Shown one piece after another: positions 1-13,784 of a stretch of DNA of 64,000 nucleotides. The notes below the pieces were generated by a model, which had not been told where the DNA came from, ran no database searches, and saw only the letters and a list, made by a program, of their open reading frames with translations. The first letter of the stretch is position 1; every line of letters begins with the position of its first letter. The stretch lies in the NCBI GenBank assembly GCA_028534125.1, contig CM052816.1, forward strand, positions 59,336,001-59,400,000, given 5' to 3'. Both the position numbers and the translations under genes were made by a program. This stretch comes from Lama glama. Taxonomy: Eukaryota.

Positions 1-19
1 TCAATATACTTCAGTCACT

Positions 20-210
20 TCCAGATTTTCAACTCACCAGCTATGTAATCTGGGTAAGCTGTTTCAACTCTCTAACCATCAGTTTCGCTCCCTGTAATAT
101 CCAGTTAATGACAGTACCTACCTCTTTGGGTTGGTGATTAAATGAGTAACTGTCAAGCACTTAGAATAATGCTTGGCACACAGTAAGTGCTCTATTAATG
201 TTGGTTTAGT
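20..210 (+). mobile_element. MIR SINE fragment
   Basis: MIR core and tail: cagtttc...ctgtaa...acctacctc...attaaatgag...ggcacacagtaagtgctc. Confidence 0.8.
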
Positions 211-1990
211 ATTGTTTCCAGAGCTTCTCAAGTGTTCCTTTGGGATACTGGCTAAGTCCAGGCCCTAGAATCAAATCAGAAATTAGGAACGGTAAATAAT
301 TATATGTAAGAACAAGTTGTAACGTGATGACAGAACAAGACTGACAAGTAACTATTTTATCAGTAGAGCACTCAAGGCTGTAACTTAGGTTTCGTTATCA
401 GGAAGTAGAGCAAAAGGGAAGAGCAGGCAGCTTTGCAAGGAGAGAGCCCAGAACTCTTGACTTGCATTTGATGGAAGTTGTCAAAACTGCTGCTCAAAGT
501 GAAGTCTGAGGACCTTTTGCCTGGGGACTTTTGAAAAGGTAGACACCTGGATCTTACTGATTCAGAAGCCCTGGAAATGTTTTTCTTTTTCTTTTTTCTT
601 TCTTTTTAGAAATAAGTATCCTAGTGATTGTTAGGCACTTGAAAGTTTGGTTACCACCTGTCTGAGAACAGAAACAGCATCCCACCAGGATCAAAGTGGA
701 CTTGCTCCCTGGACAAAAGCAAGCCTGAGCCTTGAGGTTTGACAAAATGATCCTAATTCCTAGGCCTTCAGGACATCGACTGACCAGAAAGGTCAGAACG
801 AACTGTCCTTGTGGGACATTAATTGAGTAAAGAGCATGGATCATCTTATGATCCAGCCTTGCTTGATACCAACTCTGCAGCACAAGCAGTGATGTAGAGA
901 GATGGGGCTTAATAATAGCAGAGTAACAATAGCCCGTTCTCCTCTCAAAACCCATTCCCCTAATAACAAGAATTACAGGAAACAGCAGCAGTGCCTTCCA
1001 TGATACCAGAAGCCAAATGAAACCCTGAAACATGAGATATGGAGACAAAAAGCTGGTGGTTGTTTGGTAAATGACTTAGCAAAACAATATGAAGTCAAAA
1101 CTAAGGGTCTACAAAAGAAGAACTAAATGTAGCCAATTCACCTGCAGGACTCTCGAAATGCATGAAAATTGGAGACACCAAATATTGTAAAATATGAGAA
1201 AAGATTGGGTGGGTAAGACTGAAAAGATGAGAGGGTGGGGTGATTAAAAACTACATAAAAGTTATTTGGACTCCCTGGATTTCAAATAACTACTGTACCA
1301 CATTTCCAGGAAACTCTTGAAGGGTATACTAACCAAAACATGGTAAAAATTAATAAAGAGGAAGACAGGATTTTAGGAAAGAAGAGATTCATGCGGGAAA
1401 GAGGAGAAGGGAATTCCCTGGATAATGGCCAAGAGAAGTCCCAGAACCAGCTTTGGGGCAAGAATACAGAACACCTGCCCATAGGGGAACGTGAGAAAAG
1501 AGGATGCCAAGAGGGATGTCTCCAGAGAACGATGTTGAAACTTAGTTATCTGATAGAGTTGAAGATGAGAAAAACTGTATTGAAAGCCATGGTACAAAGC
1601 CATAGGAAGACATGGAAAGATTTTGCCCTTGATTGAAAAAACCCTAGGCACATAAAAAGTAAGGTAATAATTAACTACAGGGAAAACATAAAGGTATACA
1701 ATATAGGGAAGTAAATAGTGTACATTACTTGGCTTAGAAGTGAGCAGTGGTCAAAAATAAAACTTTGAATATGGATTTAACCAAAAATTATCATCATAAT
1801 TATATTGAAAAAATGTAAGAGCTAAAATGCTCATCTATCATAAGAAGAATAAAATAGACTGTGGGAAAATTATAAGCCAAGATACATAAGTATATGAGTA
1901 TTATTTAGAACTACAGTGGTAGATATCCAAAGGCATATCTCAAAGAGTTAAGAGTAGATGCCTCTCAGGAGTGGGGCAGTGAGGAGTGTA

Positions 1991-1993
<3 letters not shown>

Positions 1994-2045
<52 letters not shown>
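1994..2045. repeat. (GT)26 microsatellite
   Basis: Read directly. Confidence 0.97.
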
Positions 2046-2048
<3 letters not shown>

Positions 2049-2119
2049 AGGAATAGGTTGCTTTTTTTTTAAGACTCTAAACTCAACTTTTATTGTAAAC
2101 TTTCTTGAAATAGAATACT

Positions 2120-2350
2120 GTAATGTTAAGTGTGTTGACTCTAGATAAAAACTGTTGGAGTTCAAATTTTAATGCCGCTACTTAGTAGCATCACGACCTT
2201 GGGAAATTTACTAATGATTCACGAACCTCAGTCTTAACATCAGTACAATGGGGATGACATGAGTCATGGTGTGTGTTGAGAATTAAATGAGATAATCCTT
2301 ATAAAACACCTACTGTGGTGTCTGGCATATAGGAAGTGTTCAATAAACCT
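2120..2350 (+). mobile_element. MIR SINE
   Basis: gaccttggg...cctcagt...aatgggga...gagaattaaatgagataat...tggcatatagg...caataaa. Confidence 0.8.
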
Positions 2351-4164
2351 CATCCATTATCATTTCATTTTTAAAAATATATTCATGTATTACTTTGATG
2401 AGAAAATAATAATATGTTTTTAAAAGCAGGTAAGACACACAGAAATCCCTATCAAGGGAGCTTCTGGGAGGCTTTCTACCCACATTAACCAGGAACCACA
2501 GTCTAGTTCCCCATGACCACGAACGGAGGCAGAGAGAGAGAATATGATGTTTCCTGGTTAATGTATCTATTTTAAAGCAGATTTTTTTCACTAATGTTAT
2601 GTCATTAGCCTTCTTCTCTAAGCCTTCAAAGGTGTGGAAACAGTCTCCTTGGGCCTATTTCTTTGAGGGGGGAAGAAGAATAGTCTGGGGTATTTCCTGA
2701 TGAATTGGCTCAGACACTGGCACTGTCCTGCTCTTTCCCCGTGATGAAGGGGCCTAATTCACGGGCCTGGGACCGTGGGGTTTCATGCAGCCCTGCCTCC
2801 CTACTTGTTGAGCTGGGGAAAATGGCAAGTTAAGACTGGAGAGAGGCTGAGCTTGGGGTTGTTTTCCTGACTGCTGCTAAATCAGAACAGCTAATAGGTA
2901 CCTTTTCCAGCTCACTCTAGGTGCAATTGGCTGAAAATCAACCATAATAGCTGATGGAGCTGGAACTTGATTTTGTTTCTCTTAGAGAGCTCTGCCTGCA
3001 GGGCTCTTATTACGAGCAAATCATGTCTGCTGACTCACTGTGCTCTGAGGCTTTTCAGGCCAGTGGCTCCCCTAAAGGCTGACCTCCCTGGGGACCCACT
3101 GAGCTGCAGGCATCAGGAGAGCAGTGTCTCTTACACATCACCCCCTGTGAAGAGGTTCGTTGACGTCCATGAAACCCATGAAAGCTCTTCTCAGCACTGA
3201 CCACTGAAACATGGTAGCTTCTCACTTCTTCCTGCTTGGACTTGGAACTTGTGAACCCTCCTCCCTCACCCCCTCTCCATTCCAGCCGCTGCCCCCGCCA
3301 CCCCGACTCATTTGTGCATTTACCCTTAACCTAAATGGATAAATTCTTTCTTATTCTTATGGCCTATTCACCATTTCATGTGTAGGTTAAGTGGCCTATC
3401 TTGTCCATGTCTTAGCTCTTGACCGCCCAAGGGTCAAGGATGCTGTCTCTGAAGTTCTCTTGGTTCAGCAATTGATGCAGCAGGGAGGGGCTTCCATAGC
3501 TGCTTTTGTAAATGAAGAATTTTAAGACTCAAAGAGTGTTTATAACTAGAGTATGAGAAAGTCCTGGGTTTTGGGTAAGTTAACGAGAAGGCCAAGTTCA
3601 GGGATCAGGAGCCAGTTCTGCAGCTCCTGCCTTTGCAGTGTGAATGGCATGCTGAGAGCATCTCCTTCAAGAAGGAGTCAGACCACAGCTGCTGGACCCC
3701 TTGGGAGAGGAGGGGGCTCAGCCGGGCGCTGGGTGGCCTCAGCACGTGTCTGTGCCATGGTCCTTTGGTATTCCCCGTGAAAAACGACAAGACTAAGAGT
3801 CAGCTCCAGAGGGGTGGGATGGGGCTGAGGAATGCTTCTGAGCGCCCCCAAGAATTGAGGGCTCAGTGGTATCATTTTTGGTAAGAATGAGTGAAAGGGG
3901 AAAGAAGAGATGATTTACTGAAAGGCCATATTTCAATCTTTCACAATGTTTCCTGACACTTCCTACAACTGAAAAATTCCATTTGCTCCGCAAAGAAATA
4001 CTAGACAGCTCCAAAGACTTGTACCAATCATGGCCACGCGCCAGCCCCTCCAGTTTCCTGACTTCAGAGTCTCTCCACCCTTCTTATTGCCTCAAGTTCT
4101 CTCTGCTCTTACATCACTAGACTAGCTACTCCACTGATGCGCATTTACAGTGATCAAGTGCTTA

Positions 4165-5733
4165 AAATGCATGCCTCATTTTATTGCATTTAAGCTTTAT
4201 TGCTCTTCGCAAATACTGTGGGGGGGTTGTTTGTTTGTTTATTTGTTTTGTTTTGTTTTGTTTTTTTACAATTTGAAGGTTTGTGGCAACCCTGCATTGA
4301 GAAAGTCTGTTGACACCATTTCTTCAACAGCATTTGCTCACTGTGTGTCTCTGTGTAACATTTTGGTAATTCTCACAATATTTCAAAGTTTGTCATTATT
4401 ATAGTTGTGATCCTTGACATTATTGCAAAAAGATTGCAAGTTGCTGAAGGCTCAGATGATGGTTAGCATTTTTTAGCAATAAAGTATTTTTAAATTGAGG
4501 TATAGCTGATTTACAATTTTGTATGTCTCAGGTGTACAACATATTGATTCACAACCTAAAGGTTATATTCAATTTATAGTTACTATAAAGCATTGGCTGT
4601 ATTCTCCTGTTGTACTATATGTCCTTGTGTCTTACTTATTTTTTACATAGTAGTTTGCACCTCTCAATCCCCTGCCCCTGTCTTGTACCACCCACTTCCC
4701 ACTCCCCACTGGTAAAGACTAGTTTATTCTCTATACCTGTGTCTGTTTCTTTTTTGTTATATTCAGTAGTTTGTTTTATTTTTTAGATTCCACATATACA
4801 TGATATCATACAGTATTTATTTTTCTTTGTGTGACTTATTTCACTTAGCACAGTATCCTCCAAGTCCAGCCATGTTGTTACAAATGGCAAATTTTCTGTC
4901 TTTTTTATGCTGAGTAGTATTGCATTGTATATATTATATACCACATCTTCTTTATCCAGTCATCTGTTGATGGACACTTAGGTAGTCTTCATATCTTGGC
5001 AGTTATAAAGAGTGTGTTATGAACATTGCACATGTATCTTTTTAAATTAGTGTTTTGGTTTTTTTTTTTTAAATAAATACCCAGGAGTGGAATTGCTAGA
5101 TGGTGTGTTAGTTCTATTTTTAGCTTTCTGAGACTCCGCCCTACTGTTTTCCACAGTGACCGCACCAATTTACACTCCCATCAACAGTGTACAAAGGTTC
5201 TCTCTTCTCTACATCCTCACCAACACTTGTTACTTGTGTTCTTTTTGGTGATAGCTATTCTGACGGGTGTGAGGCAATATCTCATTATGGTTTTAATTTG
5301 CATTTCTCTGACGATGAATGATTTTGGGCATATTTTCACATACCTGTTGGCCGTCTGTATGTCTTCTTTCGAAAAACATCTTTTCAGGTCTTCTGCCCAG
5401 TTTTTAATTGGGTTGTTTTTTGATGTTGATAAGTATGAGCTGCTTATACATTTTGGACCCCTTATCGTCATATCATTTGCAAATATTTTCTCCCATTGAG
5501 TCTTTTTGTTTTGTCAATGGTATCCTTTGAACAATAAAGGGTTTTTAAATAAGGTATATGCATTGTTTTTTTAGATATAATGCTACTGTACACTTAATAC
5601 ACTACAGTGTACTATAAACATAACTTTCAAATGCACTGGGAAACCAAAAACTTTGTGTGACTCACTTTATTTCATCATTTGCTTTGTTGCAGTGGTCTGG
5701 AGCTGAACCTGCAGTATCTCAGTGGTCTGCCTG
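4165..5733 (+). mobile_element. Internally deleted Tigger1-type (TcMar) DNA transposon, split by an L1 insertion
   Basis: Tigger1 5' end (ttgaaggtttgtggcaaccctg...) at 4165-4495 and 3' end (tgcactgggaaaccaaaaa...ggtctgcctg) at 5532-5733. Confidence 0.85.
4496..5531 (-). mobile_element. 5'-truncated L1 (3'UTR and end of ORF2) nested in Tigger1
   Basis: Typical L1 3' motifs; ORF 5217..5471 encodes L1 ORF2 C-terminal sequence ([11 protein letters not shown]...[11 protein letters not shown]); 19-bp TSD with 17/19 identity. Confidence 0.9.
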
Positions 5734-7264
5734 TGCTCCTGAGTGAGTATAAAACAAACAGGAATTGAAACATTGTTCACTGAATGCGATAAAGTCGAAA
5801 GTGTGGGCAGCAGTTTTCACCCTGGTTAGCAGTACCTGGGGAGGCTTATAAAAAATGCCAGTGCTTTTGAGAACTACTTGTATAGAACACTGGAGAGCTT
5901 GAAAGAATTCTGAGGAAGCATCATTTCTTCTGGGCAAACCACACCGTCCTGTAGAAATGTCTGTTGCACTAAGCTGATTGGTCCTCAAGCAAACAAATAG
6001 ACTCACATACTCAACACTCTTCTGGGCAATCCAAAAAATAGTTCCAAAGCCAGGCAGGGGGACTGTCTTGAGAGCAGGGATATGCAGAATCAACTCACCT
6101 TTCCCTCTAAAATCCCCCAACACCCCTCAGTCTTTGGAAGGCTTTCTTGGGAATGGAAAGCCAATGTCTTCTTTCTCCTGAGGCTGGAGATTGGGAATGA
6201 AACCTACTTATACATGGAATTACCTTAGCCTTTAAAAAATCTCTTTCTCTCTCTCCCTCTTTCCCCCTCCTCTCCCACCCACCTTTTTCTCTCTTTCTCC
6301 TCTTTTTTTACCCGTCAGAGTCTTAGATGAATCAGGATGGCTCACAATTAACCAACACCTGTCAGTTTCCTTTACAAGTTCACTCATCTGTCCCCCCTCC
6401 CTGGGATAACAGCATGGAAAAGTCTAATTAACTTCATTTTAGAGATTCGGCATTAAGGCTGTTACCTGCCCAACTTAGCAAGTTGGTGCTAAGTCCCGGT
6501 CACTACCCACAAATACCCCCAGGGCTTTTCAGCAAATGAGCCACCCATTCAGGCTTGCTTGCCCCTCTGTTCTCCTGGGAGGTGATGTTACTGAGGTGAG
6601 TGGAAGTGGGCAAGCCTGGAGTGTGACTCACAGGAGGGGCGAGGGAGAATGGGGTTCTGCATCCTTCCTGCCTGAGCCACAGCTGCACCTGGAGGCCGGC
6701 CAGCAGCCTTGTGGAAGAGGGTGTGGTGAATGCTGAGGCAGAGAGAGAAGTGACTGGGGAAATCCCAGGCCTGAGTGCCCGAGGGTGTGCCCAGCCCTGG
6801 GCCTGCTTTACCGACAGCCTGGTAACAGGCAGGAAGCCCAAAATTGCATGACCCTCACTCTTGTGTGTTTCCTTCATCCCTTCCTGGTTCCTCAGAGAGC
6901 TGACTGAGGACCACCTTCTCAGAATGGTTAGGAGGATGGAGGCTTTTCTCAGCTGCACAGGAGAGCTAACGGTGACACGTGGGCCTGGTGAGCCTCCTCC
7001 TTCCCCTCTCTCACTGTGTCTCCATCCCTTCTCCCATGTGCTGGCTGCTTCCAAGCATCCCCCCCTTCCAGTGGCCTCTGTTCTCCCCCTTGGTCTGATC
7101 TAGCCTTTCCGTAATACTGTGTGGCCAGAACACTTTCTGATAAAAGCGCCCCTTCTGGGTGAGGGAACCCGTGTGACTCATCCTCCTCCGTGAGTCTCGA
7201 CTGCTCCCAGATAGTTTCTTTCTGTGACTCTTTCCTACCAATAGCGATCGTTTACTGGGAGTTT

Positions 7265-7405
7265 TCTGCATGCCAGGCACTGAGCTAGCTTCTTTATATA
7301 GTCCCCCCCCCCACCTTAATTCTCCTAACACCCCCACAGAACAAGCGTTATTATTGTACTCATTTTATACATGAAGAAACTGAGTCACAGAGAGGTTAAG
7401 TGAAA
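7265..7405 (-). mobile_element. MIR SINE fragment
   Basis: tgccaggcactg...cattttatacatgaagaaactgagtcacagagaggttaagtga. Confidence 0.8.
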
Positions 7406-8924
7406 GTTGGTAGTGAATGTGTTATGTAAACGAAGGCTGCCTGTGATTCCCACTGAGGAGGTCCCAAGGGTAGGTGACTCCCAGATCCCTGGTATGATCA
7501 AGCCCAAAACTGTGAGCTTTAGGAAGAAGGATGTCAGAAGAGAAACCAGTCTGCATTATCTGGTAGCAAGGTGAGCAGGTTATGGAGAACCGGGCGGTGT
7601 GTGAAGGAACATAAGACACACAGCTTCGGTCCTGACCATCATTTTCCCTAGGTGCTTCTCATTATCCTTTTTTTTTTTTTTGCATTTTTTACTGAAGTAT
7701 AGTTGGCTTCCTTCATCTCCTCACCTGTAAAATGCAACAGTTGAGCTATATGACTTCTAAAAATATTTCCAACCATGAGAGCCTGTAATGATACAAAAGT
7801 CATGTGTTTTAGGGTACAGAAGTTCCATTTGGCCCTAGACATTTGCTCCCCTTCTGTGTTTGTAAACATGGAGCCAAGCCTTCCTGTTGGATACGTGGAC
7901 CTGTGGGGGATATGCCCTGGGGTGGCCCAGGGCATATTTGGCTGGACCTTCCCTGCCCTGATGGGAGAATTCAGTTGCAGGGAGGAAAATTTTGCCTGCA
8001 GTGGTTTGCTAACATCCACATGCCCAACTAAATTCCTGTTCTATTGTCCTGCAAACAGGGCTTGCTTCAAGCTCTTATCTCTGAGCTGCTTCTCTCTTTG
8101 CTGTGGTCTGTGCTGGGAAAACATGTTCTGTATCCAGAGTCTTGAGAGCTGCCCTCTAACCAGGGATTTATAAAGTGTGGCCAAGCGGTATGTCCTATTT
8201 CCTGGAACCGGGGATTCTCTAGAAATGGAGATGGTATTGGAAAGAAGCTATGATGATGGGGAGAATATAGAAAGAGAGGCTGTGGAAAATATGGGGGTTA
8301 CTTCTCTACCCAAAACTTAGCTCCAAATAGCCAGGAAGCTCTTGAATCTTGTGAGAATGTCATACCACTAATAAAACTGTGAGCTCAGATCAAGCACCTA
8401 GGGTCAATATCTTCCCATCATTACTTCAAAACCCTCTTCAGAGAAAAACAAAGATGAGCAGAGGAAAACTAAGAGTTAAAAAGGGAAAAGGAAAAGACAT
8501 TTAGTTTGGAGAGACCACGTGCCTTTCCTCCTGTTCCTCACTCAGCTCAGACAGCACGGCTCCTGAGCTTGGGATCCCCACGGCAGTAAGGTGACTGTCT
8601 TTGATCCCAGCTAGAGGCCTGAGATCTAAGCTGGTGTCAGCTTGAATAAACTCAGCCTAGTGGTTATGCTGGTGATCCATTATTCTGGAGCCAGGAATGA
8701 AATGAGGAGTCTGTTGTCACTTTCCTTAAGCCCCACTGGTATAGCAGAGAAACTGGAGACTGGATGATCAGGGTCCTTGGCCAAGCCCCAACATGTATTA
8801 GTGATGCAGTTCTGGCCATGTTGCTCAATCTCACTGATCTTTCATCTTTGAAGTGGAGATATTTAGACCTGTTCTTCCTTCCCTCATATAGGGTGGTTAT
8901 GAGGGTTAATGGAGAGAATTAATA

Positions 8925-9175
8925 TATCAGTGTCTTAAAGTTAGTGGCTTCCAAAAACAATAAATATTTATCATCTCACAGAGTTGCAGTGGGCCAGGAA
9001 TTTGGAGGCAGTTTGGCCTTGTGGCTCAGGTCTGAGGATGCTCATGAAGTTGTAGTCAAAGGAGCTGCAAGGGCTGCATCATCTGAAGGTCTGACTGGGG
9101 CTGGAGGATCTGCTTCTCAGATGATGCACTCACATGGCTGGCAAGCTGATGCCGGCTATTGGCAGGAGGCCAAGA
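8925..9175 (-). mobile_element. MLT1-family (ERVL-MaLR) LTR fragment
   Basis: ggctgcatcatctgaaggtctgactggggctggaggatctgcttc...cactcacatggctggcaag motif. Confidence 0.7.
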
Positions 9176-10024
9176 ATCACTGGAGCTATTTGGTAAGCCG
9201 GCTCCTGCGGCTGTCATCAGATGTACTGTTCTATCTGAAAATTTTATTGTTGTAAGTTGGAACTACTTCTAGCTTAAGCGATGACCTTGGCTAAAATTCA
9301 GGCTTCCTCTCAGCCCAGCAGCTTTCTGTTCTATGAACTTTAGACTCCAAAATGCAGTTTTTTTTCCCCAAAGGCCATTTGAGTGAGCAGGGGTGGCTAG
9401 GGAGGTAGTGCAGATGATAAGGAGAGAGCAGGCAGGGAAGTGTCATGGATACTTAAAAAGGCAATGAGTGAGGATCGGTTGAGAGGCTCAGAAAAGCTTC
9501 AGGAGCCCTGAGCCAGCACTGCCTTGCTCAGCCCTCGTTGTGCCTGTTATAAGACGGAAGAGTAACAGAGTCAACTTTAACCAATAGTTTCAAATTTCCA
9601 CCCCAGCAGACCTTTAATCAGTCCTGCCAACAAAAAGCAAATACAAGCTCGACTTCCCGTGCTGCTTCCTGCTCAGCCTCTGTCAGGGGTCAGCCTTCAC
9701 GGAAATGGTCAGAGAAGGGGCCAAAACAGAAAATATTAGGCTCAGCCACCTCCCTTCTGCTCTCAGCATTGCTTTTTTTTTTTTTTACAGTAATGAAATA
9801 TAATCAAACTTGCCCAAATTTCTCAAAGGTTTTCTTTCTCTTTCTGTCTCAATCAAAATTTCCTGAAACAAAAAAGAGAACCTGTATTTCTAGGTATGTA
9901 TTTTATACTTAATAAATTCAATTTTATAGGCATTTATAAAATGCCTTGTGAAATCATTTTTCTTTGAAGCAAGTTAGCTTGGAGTATATAAATAACCTAC
10001 TGCATTTTATTAGCCTTTTTAAAA

Positions 10025-10185
10025 ACTTTTTAAAATTGAAATATAGTCAGTTTATAATGTGTCAATCTCTGGTGTACAGCACAATGCTTCAGTCATACAT
10101 ACATATACATATATTCATTTTCATATTCTTTTTCACTGTAAGCTGTGACCAGATATCAAATATAGTTCCCTGTGCTATACAGGAG
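10025..10185 (-). mobile_element. Short L1 3'-end fragment (camelid/artiodactyl type)
   Basis: atagtcagtttataatgtgtcaatctctggtgtacagc...atagttccctgtgctatacag. Confidence 0.8.
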
Positions 10186-10489
10186 CCTTTTAAACTAAAG
10201 TTTACTACATGATTTTTTTTCCCCCAGCAGAAGATACAAGAATTATGTACAGCAAGAAGATCAAAACTTTAAATAGTGACCTTTAGACTCAGTGAAGCTT
10301 GCAGGGTTACCATAGTCTGGAAACTGACTTAGACTGATAATTGAATTTAATAAAACAGAAACATCTGCAAAAGATCTTAAGTAACTATGAAATCAAACTG
10401 CTAATGTAGTGTGTCATTTCTTAATTTATTTTTTAATTTGTAATGGAATAATTAAGTAATTCAGAAGGATAAACTTCAGTTTTAAAGAT

Positions 10490-10870
10490 TTTTTCCAGCT
10501 TTATTGAGATATAATTGATACATAACATTGTGCAAATTTAAGGTGTACAGCGTGATATAGTTTGATATACGTATAGCAAAATGACTACCGCAATAAGGTT
10601 AGTTAACACATCCATTACCTCACATAATTACCCTTTTTCCCCCTGTGGTAAGAACTTGTAAGATCTACCCCCTTATAATGCAATACAGTATCGTTAACTC
10701 TAGTCACCGTGCTGTACATTACATCCCCAGAACTTATTCATCTTACAACTGGGAATTTGTACCCTTTGACCATCTTCACCCATATCCCCCATCCACTTAC
10801 CCCTGGCAACTTCCAATCTACTTTCTATTTCTATGAGTTTGGATAGATTCTACATATAAATGAGATCCCA
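10490..10870 (-). mobile_element. L1 3'-end fragment (L1M type)
   Basis: cagctttattgagatataattga...ccccagaacttattcatctta...tagattctacatataaatgag. Confidence 0.85.
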
Positions 10871-10879
10871 TTGTGTAAC

Positions 10880-11510
10880 TTTTTAATTCTTTATGGTATC
10901 CATCTGACTATACTGTTATTTATTCAACAAATTATTGTTCATTTAGATGAATTACAAGAAGGTGAATGTGAGATCCACAGCCAATTGGTGTACGTCAACA
11001 CCCAGTGCATCGCCCTTAGTGCCCTTAAAGTTAAGATCAGTCCCTTCTGACTTAACAGTGGTAAACTGGAGCGGACACAAAAATCAACTGGCTGTGTTTT
11101 CAGGTATTTTGCAAGTTGATTGTTACACATAGCTATTGTTTAAGAGTAAATAATACAATGTGTTTCTGGCAAGAATACATAGAAGGTACTGAGATGGCAA
11201 CATATCCAATGAAATCATTTTGTAAGTGATGAAAAAAGTAAGTGATATAAACTTAAAATCAAGTAACATAATTACAACTTAATTAAAAATTTAATCACAT
11301 AAGCTTACAATAAAATGTACATTCCAAACTCATCACTTCCTAATTGTTTTACAACATCTTATTATCTGTGCTCTGGAGGGTATTTTTCATCTGTTGTATT
11401 CATATGGTGGCAATACAATGTATCAGTGTGCTCTTGTGTATCACTTCCCTGCTCCACATTCAGCGCTGTGCCAGAGAGCTGATGGTTGGCCATTTTCCAC
11501 CACAACCCTA
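10880..11510. mobile_element. Probable MER63-like (hAT-Blackjack) DNA transposon remnant
   Basis: atggtggcaatac...tcacttccctgctccacattcag resembles the MER63 consensus as remembered; boundaries uncertain. Confidence 0.4.
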
Positions 11511-11720
11511 CTGGCCCACCCTTACCTCTAGCATCAATTTCTCTGAACTGATGGGAGAGGGAGGCGTGCAGAGGAGTTCCACTCAAGATTTATAGCCACT
11601 TACTTCCCGGAGATGCCTAGCCTTCTAATGCCTGTAATCATAGGCTGATCAGAATTTCCTTCCATCCTATCCTGTGTGCACAAATCTTTGCAGAAATTTT
11701 TCCAAAGTTCTAGATATTGA

Positions 11721-11854
11721 GGGTGAGTGTACAGCTCAGTGGCAGAATGTGTGCTTAGCATGCACTAGGTCCTGGGTTCAATCCCCAGTAACTTCATTAA
11801 AAATAAATAAATAAATCTAATTACACCCCCCCCACACACAAAATTAAAAAAAAA
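11721..11854 (+). mobile_element. Camelid tRNA-derived SINE (Vic-1 type)
   Basis: A box agctcagtgg, B box ggttcaatccc, body tgcttagcatgcac, (aaat)n tail then C-run and poly-A; flanking TSD 11704-11720 / 11855-11871 (14/17 identical). Confidence 0.9.
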
Positions 11855-11969
11855 AAAGTTTGAGGTATTGACAACTCCTCCTCTGTGGTAAAAGCCAGAA
11901 AAGTTGGACTCCCAAAGATTCTCTGGTGTTATTTAGCTGAAATGTATCACTGAAATGTATCTTTGAGAG

Positions 11970-12095
11970 ATGAAGTTAAAAAGCAAATATGAAAAAGAAT
12001 ATATGTATGCATATACATAACTGGGACATTGGGCTGTACACCAGAAATTGACACATTGTAACTGATGGTACTTCAATTTAGAAAAAAAAACAAAC
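11970..12095 (+). mobile_element. Short L1 3'-end fragment with poly-A (camelid type)
   Basis: gaaaaagaatatatgtatg...gctgtacaccagaaattgacacattgtaactga...acttcaat followed by an A-tail. Confidence 0.8.
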
Positions 12096-13784
12096 TAGAT
12101 AATTGCTAAAAAGAAAATTCTACCCAAAGCAAAAAAAAAAAAAAGAGAGAAAATGAACCGTAACGAACTGAACTAGTATATCCCGTGGGAGAATGATGAA
12201 CAGGATGGAGTGCCACATGAAGTTGGGTTCTAGACCGAGCTGACATCCAGATAAGAAAGAGAGTGCAGTGTCTGGTTCCCCATACCTTTGAGATCTGGCA
12301 CTGCCGGAGATGTTACAAGGACTTCTTGAATAGTTGCATTAGCTTTTGTTTTGCATTAACTTTTATTACCCACGTGCCAAAATGAACATTACATAGCAAG
12401 AGAGATTTACCATGGAGCTTCTGGCCTGAAACAGTCTAGCATGTGAGTTTTGTTCTGCAACTTTGTTGGCCTTCCCTCTGAAGACTTGCAGATGGGATTT
12501 ACCAGGTTTGTTGAAGTGAGGGCAGCCTGAGGAGTGCCGGAAATGGAAACAGTGCACCATGAGCAGGATTTTAGAGACAAGCCACGGTACCCCCTTTCTA
12601 GAACAATATTTAGCTTCTGCCACAGGCTTAGTAAGAAAGTTCTATACAGGAAATATCTATGAAACAATTTTTGAACATCAAGAACATTGTGTAAGAGGCA
12701 TCATCTTTTACAAAGTCCCCTCTGACAGATTCCTCTCCAGTATCAGGGCAAGGGAAATGTTTATTTCACAATGAACTAACGAGTTCCTCCTATTGGAGCA
12801 TTAGGACTATGAAACCATTGTGTGCTCCTTTCTTTTTTGCCTGACCGATAGGAAGCTCCATTTTCCTTCAATTATTGGAAATTTCCTTAGGCATAATTTT
12901 ATTTTCAATAACTTCTCCCTTCCTCTCCTCCTTTACGACTTGCTTTGTATCTATTTTATATTGCTCTTTTTAAAAAACCTTGTCACACCTGTAATTAATA
13001 AAACATTATATTTTTATCAGAATAAATACATAAATAGAACAGACAACCATATGTGGATCAGTGACCTTAGTGTGCTGGATTATGAGTAGTCCAAGGCTGT
13101 ATACCTCAGATCCAATATAAGTAAAACAATGAAAGATTTTCTGGAAGTCGGTAAAGGTATATAAATGTTATAAAATAAACATTCTAGAAGTTAAGTAAAT
13201 ACATTTCAAGTGGTCTACCATGTGTCCAGTCCCATGCTAAGACCTGCAGTATATAGTTTCTTGAGAACCTAATCTTATTGGATAGGGAAGACTTACCGAC
13301 AACCATCATTATTGGCTTCCATTTTATTAGATGGCAGCCATGTTCTAGGTGCATTTATACATTATCTTGTGTAAGCCTCACCTGGAGATGCCAATTCCAT
13401 GGGTCATGGTTCCTATTAAATTGCTACCCAGGTGATTCTAATGTGCAACCCGGGCTGAAAATTCTAATTCAGAATCAAAGGAATAGGTGCAACGGCTTGG
13501 AGCTCACATCCGATGCCGAGGCAGAGCCAGGTAACATGCTACGCTGGCGTCTATCTGTGCTCTGGGAGGACAGAGCCTGCCTGGAGCGGAGGGTGTGATG
13601 TCAGCTGTTAAAACCTCTTGCAGCATAGGAACCACAGATTCAGACATTCAGTTCTGGGGAACTTGTAATAGAGACAGTGCCTGTGACAGTACTTAACAAA
13701 AAACCTACATCTGAAAAGTGATTTATGAAAGAGGCGAGTGGCCGAGCCTTGACAGTACTAGCTCTCGTGAAGCCTGGGGAGGAG

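Noticed and set aside
554..1651. ORFs of 92-164 aa near the window start
   Set aside because: No recognisable protein similarity; the purine-rich region probably includes decayed L1 sequence.
6503..7337. 183-aa and 108-aa ORFs with nearby AP-1 (TGASTCA) motifs
   Set aside because: No domain or exon structure; isolated 7-mers are expected by chance at this scale.
11721..11795. tRNA gene
   Set aside because: The tRNA-like head continues into a SINE tail with poly-A and TSDs, so it is a SINE and not a functional tRNA.
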